A stretch of 64,000 nt of DNA from assembly GCA_963831755.1 (NCBI GenBank), contig CAWHRC010000009.1:793241-857240 (forward strand), read 5' to 3'. The notes beneath the pieces are model-generated. The model ran no database searches and was not told where the DNA came from. It saw only the letters and a list, made by a program, of their open reading frames with translations. This DNA comes from an uncultured Acidobacteriota bacterium (GTDB taxonomy: Bacteria > Acidobacteriota > Vicinamibacteria > Fen-336). This document shows, piece after piece, positions 54,720 through 61,671 of this stretch (its first letter is position 1; each line of letters starts with the position of its first letter). Made by a program: the position numbers and the translations under genes.

Positions 54720-55013
54720 CTAGACGTTCTTCGGCTTGGCCTTGACCAGTTTCATCTTGCACACCGGGCATTTTCCGGGTTCGTGGCGATGGACCTCGGG
54801 ATGCATGGGACATGTCCAGTTGTCCTCGGCATTGCGCGGTGCGAGCGAATCCGGGCGGTCGCTGCCGGCAGTCCTGATATTCGTTACAGGCCCTCCTCCG
54901 TCCTGGCCTGCCGCTTGAGCAACATAAACCGGCGCGACGCCGGCGAGCACGGCAAGGAACGATACATTCGCCAGTACGCGTGCGACGGGGTTCGACTGTC
55001 GTTTGACATTCAT
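54720..55013 (-). CDS. small periplasmic heavy-metal-binding-domain (HMBD) protein
   Basis: 97 aa with a signal peptide, then WTCPMHPEVHRHEPGKCPVCKMKLV, the same Cys/His/Met module as at the CusB N-terminus. Confidence 0.7.
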   Translation of the reverse strand: MNVKRQSNPVARVLANVSFLAVLAGVAPVYVAQAAGQDGGGPVTNIRTAGSDRPDSLAPRNAEDNWTCPMHPEVHRHEPGKCPVCKMKLVKAKPKNV

Positions 55014-55037
55014 GGGGTGGATCTCCGTATGTCGAGT

Positions 55038-55076
55038 GGGCGTCGAGCACCCGTGTCAGCCGTGTGCTCGACGCCC
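55038..55076 (-). terminator. 13-bp perfect stem-loop just downstream of nirK
   Basis: GGGCGTCGAGCAC-13 nt-GTGCTCGACGCCC, 16 nt after the nirK stop and upstream of the HMBD gene start. Confidence 0.5.
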
Positions 55077-55091
55077 ATCACTTTCCTGCAA

Positions 55092-56027
55092 TCAGCGAAC
55101 GAGGATCTGCTCGCCGTGGCCCATCTTGGGATCGGCATCATTGCTGAACATGATCACTGCGATGGCTCCCGTGAGGGCAGCCTTCAGCGAGTGGGTCACA
55201 ATCGCATTGGCGCCTTCCTTGGGCGAGATCAGGTCGAATGTCGCCGCGTCGCCCGGTCCCACTACAAAGCTTTGCAGGCCATGCTCCACGTTTTTCGGGT
55301 TGCCGCTGGGGTAGACGGCATCCCAGATGCCCGCGATGGGATGGAAGGACGAGAACTCGTTGGGACCCGCATTGACGAAGTAGACGCGCACACGCTCGCC
55401 CGGTTTGGCCTGCAGCCAACGGGTCGCTGCCGGATCGTGCACCGGGTCATACTTGAAGATGCCGCCGTTGAACATGACGTTGCTCCACTTGTTCTGCATC
55501 ATGTCCTCCTTGGCGTCCGGATTCGGATAGAGCTCGGACTGGATCAGCACGTATTCGCGATCGGCTTTCGGCATGGCATGGGCATCCTTCGGATCGACGA
55601 TGATGGTCCCGAACATCCCGCGCGCGATGTGCTGGATCATCGGGTCGGCGCCGCAGTGGTAGAAGAAGACGCCCGGGTAATTTGCCGTAAACGTGTAATG
55701 CTTTTCCTCGCCCGGCTTGATGGGCGCAAAGTCCTTCACCACGTCCAGTCGTGCCGCATGGAAGTCCATGGAGTGCGAGTTTTTGTTGGTCTTGTCGTTG
55801 ATCAGCGTGAACTCGACGGTGTCGCCTTCGGTGACCCGCACCACCGGGCCCGGCACCTTGCCGTCGAAAGTCCAGGTGCGGTACATCGTGCCCTTGTTGT
55901 CGATCGGCAGATCCACTTCCGTTGCGTGCAGCGTGACTTGCACCGTTTTTGCCTCGGCCGGGAATGACAGCATCGACAATGCCGCCACGCCAGCCAGCGC
56001 CATCCCTAGCATCTTGTTTTGTTTCAT
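55092..56027 (-). CDS. nirK: copper-containing nitrite reductase (short, Nitrosomonas-type NirK)
   Basis: AAGGAG precedes the ATG, followed by a Sec signal. The T1/T2 copper ligands are HSMDFH, FFYHCGADPMIQHIARGM, FHPIAGIWD and VTHSL. It is the last gene of the ncgABC-nirK arrangement. Confidence 0.85.
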   Translation of the reverse strand: MKQNKMLGMALAGVAALSMLSFPAEAKTVQVTLHATEVDLPIDNKGTMYRTWTFDGKVPGPVVRVTEGDTVEFTLINDKTNKNSHSMDFHAARLDVVKDFAPIKPGEEKHYTFTANYPGVFFYHCGADPMIQHIARGMFGTIIVDPKDAHAMPKADREYVLIQSELYPNPDAKEDMMQNKWSNVMFNGGIFKYDPVHDPAATRWLQAKPGERVRVYFVNAGPNEFSSFHPIAGIWDAVYPSGNPKNVEHGLQSFVVGPGDAATFDLISPKEGANAIVTHSLKAALTGAIAVIMFSNDADPKMGHGEQILVR

Positions 56028-56041
56028 TTTGAAGCTCCTTG

Positions 56042-56440
56042 TTATTTACCTGAACCACAGTTGCAGACAAAGCGTAGATACGCCACCAACTCCTTGATTT
56101 CCTCGTCATTCATGACGTTGCCCCAGGCCGGCATGAGTACCGACTTGTTCACCGCCAGCCCGCCGTCCTTGATGACGTGAAATATTTCCTCGTTGGGAAT
56201 GTCGCCCATCCCCTTCGCGTCGCTGTGGTCCCGTGGCTGGACGGACATATCGCGACTGTTGATCCCTCTGCCGTTGCGATTGATGCCGTGGCACTGAACG
56301 CAGTAGGTGTTGTAGTTCCGAAGCGCACCCTGCGTGTAGGGCTCATCTGCCGAGGCGGGACCACTGAACATGGAACACGACACCACGAGCAGCCCGGCCT
56401 GCAGGAATGCGGGCACGCGTTGACCGAAATTCATTTTCAT
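56042..56440 (-). CDS. ncgC: monoheme cytochrome c (NcgC-like)
   Basis: 132 aa with a signal peptide and a single CVQCH motif. The ATG overlaps the ncgB TGA (ATGA). The track ORF 56042..57034 is over-extended. Confidence 0.8.
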   Translation of the reverse strand: MKMNFGQRVPAFLQAGLLVVSCSMFSGPASADEPYTQGALRNYNTYCVQCHGINRNGRGINSRDMSVQPRDHSDAKGMGDIPNEEIFHVIKDGGLAVNKSVLMPAWGNVMNDEEIKELVAYLRFVCNCGSGK

Positions 56441-57132
56441 TTCCCCTCCGATGCGCTGAGTTGCAGGATGTAGCCCGTCAGACGCTGCAGATCCGGTTCG
56501 GCCAGGTTGAGCGTGGGCATCCAGATGTGCGGATCGATCGCCTGCGGGTTCTTGATGTAGCTGTAGATGTAATCGGCCTGCAGGCGCTCGGCGGCGGTAT
56601 AGAGCTCGGGGCCGGAGGAGCCGCCGGTGCCGGGCTTGGCTTGATGGCAGGCGGCGCAGCCACGGAGCTTGTTGAAGAACATCGCGCCCATGGACATGCT
56701 CACCTTCTCGCCCTTGAACGCACCTTTGCTCACCAGATCTGCCGGGCCCGTCAGCGCCATGAGCGCCCCGGCAGCCGCTTCGGCATCCGCTTTCGACAGC
56801 TTCACATGAGACGCCATGGTCGACTCGTCCACGACATCCTCCTTGTCGCTGCCCTTTATATGCTTGGTATACAACTCGCCGGCCGGCCGGATGCGTACCG
56901 GGTTCTGCAGCCACTTTTCCAGCCAGGGCCGGTTGAACTTGCTGCCTGCGTAGTACAGGTCCGGTCCCTTCCGCTCCCACAGGCGGTCGAGACTTGCGTT
57001 GTCCGGTTTTGCGATGGCGTGGCAGCTGATGCATTGAGATTTCAGGATGCCGGCCCCGACACTGTCTGCCGCGAATGCCGGGGCTGCGACCAGCCCCATG
57101 GCCAATGCGGCCAGAATAGATAACTTCATCAT
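56437..57132 (-). CDS. ncgB: diheme cytochrome c (NcgB-like)
   Basis: 231 aa with a signal peptide and two heme motifs, CISCH and CAACH. Confidence 0.8.
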   Translation of the reverse strand: MMKLSILAALAMGLVAAPAFAADSVGAGILKSQCISCHAIAKPDNASLDRLWERKGPDLYYAGSKFNRPWLEKWLQNPVRIRPAGELYTKHIKGSDKEDVVDESTMASHVKLSKADAEAAAGALMALTGPADLVSKGAFKGEKVSMSMGAMFFNKLRGCAACHQAKPGTGGSSGPELYTAAERLQADYIYSYIKNPQAIDPHIWMPTLNLAEPDLQRLTGYILQLSASEGK

Positions 57133-57144
57133 CGATCCTTTCGC

Positions 57145-58200
57145 TTATTGAATGGCCTGGCCCTTGAAGGCAGGCGCGTCATACATGCCATAGGGCTTTT
57201 TCAGGGACTCTTCGTAATAGAAATCGGGCACGAACGCCTTGTCTTTCCAGGCGTAGAACGGGTCGTTGCGGTTGATTTCGTTGTATTCGATGACCGTCAT
57301 CAGACCGCCCATCGGCTTGTCGCCGTTCATCGTGTGGGAATCGACGTGGTCATGCACCATCCAGCGGCCGGGATTGTCGGCGGTCAGGATGAGGTCGTAG
57401 CGTTCGCCCGGGCCGACCATGATGGTGTCCGCCTCGTAGGGCATGGGGAGCGGGCGGCCATCCTTGAAGGCCACCTTGAAGACGTGGCCGTGGATATGGA
57501 TGGAGTGGGTCAGTTCACCCGCGCCGATCAGGCGGATCCGCACCACGTCGCCCTTGTTCACGCGAAGCGGCTGCGAATCGGGAAACGCCTTGCCGTTGAG
57601 GGTGAAGTAATCCCATTCATCCCCAGGAACGCCGCCATAGCCCGGCTTGAAAGCCCATTTCGACGCCCAGTCGGACAACATCAGGATGTAGTCCTTCGTC
57701 ACCTTCTTCTCGATCGGCGTGGGCGTTTTCGGATCGACGATGAAGGGCCCCCACATGCCGCGCATCGCCACGTGTTCATTGACGTTGACATGGCAGTGGT
57801 ACCACATGGTGCCGGACGGCTCGGCGACGAACTTGTAGGTAAAGGTATCGCCAGGCTTGATCGCAGCCTGGGTGGTATCCGGCACGCCATCCATGCGCCA
57901 GGTCCCTTTCTGCAACATGCCATGCCAGTGGATCGTGTGCGGCAGGGTGGTCAGGTTGTTCACGTTGACCGTCAGCTCGTCGCCTTCCTTGACATGGATC
58001 AACGGACCCGGCACCTGGCCATTGAAGGCGAAGGTATGGAACTGCTGTTTGTCCACCAGGGTGATCTTGGTGTCCTCGATCGTCATTTCGAAAGTGCGCT
58101 TTTCGGCGTGACTCGTCATCGGGTGCGCCATTGCCAGCCCCAGGCACAACATGGCAACCCTCCGCCCCGCGCTGATCCGACGGTGAAATCCTCTGCTCAT
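57145..58200 (-). CDS. ncgA: two-domain multicopper oxidase (NcgA-like)
   Basis: HTIHWHG, WYHCHVNVNEHVAMRGM, HSIHIHGH and WMVHDHVDSH copper motifs in a 351-aa protein with an N-terminal export signal. Confidence 0.8.
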   Translation of the reverse strand: MSRGFHRRISAGRRVAMLCLGLAMAHPMTSHAEKRTFEMTIEDTKITLVDKQQFHTFAFNGQVPGPLIHVKEGDELTVNVNNLTTLPHTIHWHGMLQKGTWRMDGVPDTTQAAIKPGDTFTYKFVAEPSGTMWYHCHVNVNEHVAMRGMWGPFIVDPKTPTPIEKKVTKDYILMLSDWASKWAFKPGYGGVPGDEWDYFTLNGKAFPDSQPLRVNKGDVVRIRLIGAGELTHSIHIHGHVFKVAFKDGRPLPMPYEADTIMVGPGERYDLILTADNPGRWMVHDHVDSHTMNGDKPMGGLMTVIEYNEINRNDPFYAWKDKAFVPDFYYEESLKKPYGMYDAPAFKGQAIQ

Positions 58201-58213
58201 GCGACCCCCTTAA

Positions 58214-58236
58214 AAGATTCATATGAAATATATCTT
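58214..58236. promoter_or_regulatory. NsrR-box-like 11-1-11 palindrome in the ncgA / nsrR divergent region
   Basis: AAGATTCATAT-G-AAATATATCTT resembles the AAGATGCATTT-N-AAATGCATCTT-type NsrR operator. It lies 14 nt upstream of the ncgA start codon. Confidence 0.55.
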
Positions 58237-58388
58237 CAAGGGAACCGAATGGCAAGCACTCAACCTAAAATTTGTGAAGACTTACAAAATGCCTATCAGG
58301 CGGCGCATGCCCAGGCGGATATAATCGAGGGCGATCGGGAAATCCAAGCACAACGCCTCATGGCATAACGAACACTGGAGGAGATGCC

Positions 58389-58877
58389 GTGCGGTTGACC
58401 AAATTCACGGACTATTCCTTGCGCGTCGTGATCTACCTGGCGCGCAATCCGGACGGTCTGTCGACGATTGCAGACATCGCGCGCGACTACGACATCCCCT
58501 CCACCCATCTGATGAAGGTGGTGCATCGACTGGCGCAATGCGGCTACATCGTGACCGTGCGCGGGAAGGGCGGCGGGATGCGGCTCGCCAGAACGCCTGA
58601 CATGATCAATATCGGCGACCTGGTGCGGGACACCGAAGACAACATGGACATTGCGGAATGTTTCAGCGCCGAGCACCAGAATTGCCCGATGCTGCCCGCA
58701 TGCGCACTGAAATCGGTTCTTCTCGAGGCACGCAAGAGCTTTCTGGCCACGCTGGATTTCTATCGTCTGTCGGACATCATGGGGGGCGGCGTGCCGCCGC
58801 TCGTTACCCCCTTGCTCCCCGCGCATGGCCCATCCGCTCCCGTCGTCCCGCGCAAAAAGAAGGGGGGGAGAACCTGA
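58389..58877 (+). CDS. nsrR: Rrf2-family NO-sensing repressor NsrR
   Basis: MRLTKFTDYSLRVVIYLA...IADIARDYDIPSTHLMKVVHRLAQCGYIVTVRGKGGG. Three Cys residues (C-x7-C-x5-C in ECFSAEHQNCPMLPAC) could hold the Fe-S cluster. The GTG start follows GGAGGAG. Confidence 0.85.
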   Translation: MRLTKFTDYSLRVVIYLARNPDGLSTIADIARDYDIPSTHLMKVVHRLAQCGYIVTVRGKGGGMRLARTPDMINIGDLVRDTEDNMDIAECFSAEHQNCPMLPACALKSVLLEARKSFLATLDFYRLSDIMGGGVPPLVTPLLPAHGPSAPVVPRKKKGGRT

Positions 58878-59167
58878 GCGTACTGCCCCTTTCCCGGTTC
58901 TTCAGGTGATTCGAAGCCCGTGATCCGGATGACCGGTCAGACAGGGGGCGCTCCCTCAGGCCTGGCCAGGCTTGGATCGGGCGACACGATCCGACTGCGT
59001 TTCGCCGATGGAAAATGCCGCGGCGATACCCCTTTCTTTGGCCAAAAAGTTTTGCAATGACTATAAAATCTGCTTTGAGCGACATTAGTAATCACTATAT
59101 AATTATTTTCTAATATATAACGCGTACCCAAGATGGGCTGCGCTGCCCGCCCGACAAGAGGTGACTA

Positions 59168-60559
59168 ATGCAGCTGACGAACACACCACCTACCCGACTG
59201 GGATTGCCGGGCATCCTGTGCTTGATGGCCTTCGCCACCGCTGCGCAGGCGGAAACGCTGGATTTCGCTCAGGCCGTGCAGCGCGCGTTGGCGCAAAACC
59301 CGGACATCATCATCGCTGGCGCGCAGATAAGGCAGGCGCAAGCCGGGGTCAGCCAGAGCGAAGGCGCGCGGCTACCCAAGCTGACGGCCTCGGTCAATGT
59401 CACCCGCACCAATGATGCGCTCAATGCCTTTGGCCTCAAGTTGTCGCAGCGCAGCGCCACATTCAATGACTTTGGTGCAGCCGAGTTCACCGGCCCCGCC
59501 GCACTCAATGTCGCACCGCAAAACCTGAACAACCCCGACCCGGTCAACAATTTCAACGCCCGCCTGGAAGCGCAACTGCCGCTCTATACCGGCGGCATGA
59601 TCGAGGGCTACACCGAGCAGGCCAGAGCCTATTTGCGCGCCGCCCGCCAGGGCGATGTGCTGGCGCGCCAGAAGGTGATATTCGACGTGTTGCGCGCCTA
59701 CGAGGGGGTGCGTACGGCGCGCGCCTACGAAGATGTCGCCAGACAGGGCCGCAATGCTGCCGAGTCCTATGTCAAGACGATCGACAGCCTGCTCAAGGGC
59801 GGCGTGGTGGTGAAGAGCGACCTGTTGTCCGCCAAGGTGCACCTGGAGGACGTCACGGTGCAGCAGGTGCAAGCGGAAAATGCCGTGCAGCAGGCTCTCG
59901 ATCAACTCCACCTGCTGCTGGGCATGCCGCTGACGGAGCCGCTGGACGTGGCAGGAGGCGTGGACGTGCGCCCCTTGGAAGGCAAGCTGGCCGATTATCA
60001 GGATGAGGCGCTCAAATCCAATCCTGGTCTGGCCGCCTTGCGCAACCAGTTGGACGCGGCACAGGCTGCCGTCAAGGTGGCGCGCGCCGGCAAATACCCG
60101 CAGGCCGGGCTGCTGGCACGTTTCGACACCAACGACAAGAACGTCGGGTTCGACGCCCATTCCTATACGCTGGGCGGCCAGGTGTCGTGGCAGCTGTTCG
60201 ACGGCGGCGTCACCAACGGCGCCATCCAGCGGGCCCAGGCCAGCCGCGACGAACTGGCGGCGAAGCTCAGCCAGGCCGAAAACGGCATCACCTACCAGGT
60301 GGCAGAAGCGTGGCGTCGTGCCGATGAAGCGCAGCGGCGCGTCGCCGCACGGGAACTCGCGGTGAGCCAGGCCGAGGAGGCCCAGCGCATCGTGGAAAAA
60401 CGCTATGCCAGCGGCGTGGCGACCATCACCGAACTGCTGGGCGCCCAGGCCCAGCTGGACAAGACCCGGGCGGACCTGGTGGCAGCGCGCTATGAACTCA
60501 AGGTGCAACGCGCCAACGCCCGTCTGGCGGTCGGCCGCCTGCAACCGGACCAACTTTGA
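59168..60559 (+). CDS. TolC-family outer membrane efflux protein
   Basis: 463 aa with a signal peptide and two OEP repeats (LDFAQAVQRALAQNPDI... / ...ALKSNPGLAALRNQLDAAQ). Confidence 0.85.
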   Translation: MQLTNTPPTRLGLPGILCLMAFATAAQAETLDFAQAVQRALAQNPDIIIAGAQIRQAQAGVSQSEGARLPKLTASVNVTRTNDALNAFGLKLSQRSATFNDFGAAEFTGPAALNVAPQNLNNPDPVNNFNARLEAQLPLYTGGMIEGYTEQARAYLRAARQGDVLARQKVIFDVLRAYEGVRTARAYEDVARQGRNAAESYVKTIDSLLKGGVVVKSDLLSAKVHLEDVTVQQVQAENAVQQALDQLHLLLGMPLTEPLDVAGGVDVRPLEGKLADYQDEALKSNPGLAALRNQLDAAQAAVKVARAGKYPQAGLLARFDTNDKNVGFDAHSYTLGGQVSWQLFDGGVTNGAIQRAQASRDELAAKLSQAENGITYQVAEAWRRADEAQRRVAARELAVSQAEEAQRIVEKRYASGVATITELLGAQAQLDKTRADLVAARYELKVQRANARLAVGRLQPDQL

Positions 60560-60569
60560 GCAATCCGAG

Positions 60570-61671
60570 ATGAATCCCATGGCTAAATCCCACTTCTTGC
60601 GTGTTGCCTTGCTTGGCCTGGCAGTCAGTCTGGTCAACGGTTGCGGCAAACATGAGTCCCCCCAAGAACAGGCCACCGTCGGCCGCACGGTGGCGGCCGA
60701 GGTGCAGACCGTGCAGCAGGCCCCGCTGAGCGTGCGTGCGGAAGCGCCAGGCTCGGTGGTCTCGGAAGACCAGGTCCAGGTGGCCTCGCGACTGATGGGC
60801 TATATCCGCGAGATCAAGGTCGAGGAAGGGCAAACGGTCAAGGCCGGTCAATTGCTGTTCGTCGTCGACCCCGCCGATATCCAGGGGCAGATGGACCAGG
60901 CGCGCGCCGGGCTGGCGCAGGCGGAGGCCGCGCTGGCCGACGCCAAGCTCGACTACGAGCGCTTCGGCGCCCTGTACAAGGAAGAAGCCATTCCGAAGAT
61001 GCAGTGGGACAAGGTCCGCCTGCAATACCAGGTTGCGCAGCAGCAGGTCGCTGCCGCCCGCGCCGGACTGGGCCTGGCGTCCGGCCAGATGCGCTATGCC
61101 TCGGTGGTGGCGCCGATCGACGGCGTCGTCACGCAGAAGATGGCCAATGCCGGCGATCTTGCCGCCCCCGGCCGGCCGGTGCTGGTGATCGAAGGTCTGA
61201 AGAAACTCCAGGTGCGCACCCAGGTGAGCAGCGACGTGTACGCCCGCATCAAGCCCGGCGAGAAGGTCAGCCATCACGCCCGATGGCGATGCGAACCTGG
61301 CGCCGATCGAAGGCGTGATCGCCCAGGTGGTGCCGGCGGCCGATCCGGCCAGCCATTCCCATCTGGTCAAGATCGACCTGCCCGCGGGCAGCGGCCTCTC
61401 CAGCGGCAATTTCGTGCGCGTTGGATTTGCCGTCGGCAGCCGCGAGGGCATCCGCGTGCCGGCTGCGGCCTTGGCCGAGCGCGCCGGCATCACCGGCGTT
61501 TTCGTGGTCGACGCCCAGGGCGTCGCGCACTATCGCATGGTGCGCACCGGCGCGACCGAGCAGGACAAGGTGGAAATCGTGTCCGGCCTGAACCCGGGCG
61601 ACCAGGTGGTGGTTTCCAACGTCGGCCAACTGGAAAACGGCGACAAGGTGAGCGGGGCTGCCCATGACTGA
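60570..61671 (+). pseudogene. RND periplasmic adaptor (HlyD/MFP) lipoprotein, interrupted by a 1-nt frameshift
   Basis: Lipobox LVNGC. Frame 1 reads ...ARIKPGEKVS. The expected continuation ITPDGDANLAPIEGVIAQVVPAADPASHSHLVKIDLP... is in the next frame after an extra C at about 61272. The track shows it as ORFs 60405..61667 and 61315..61671. Confidence 0.75.
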
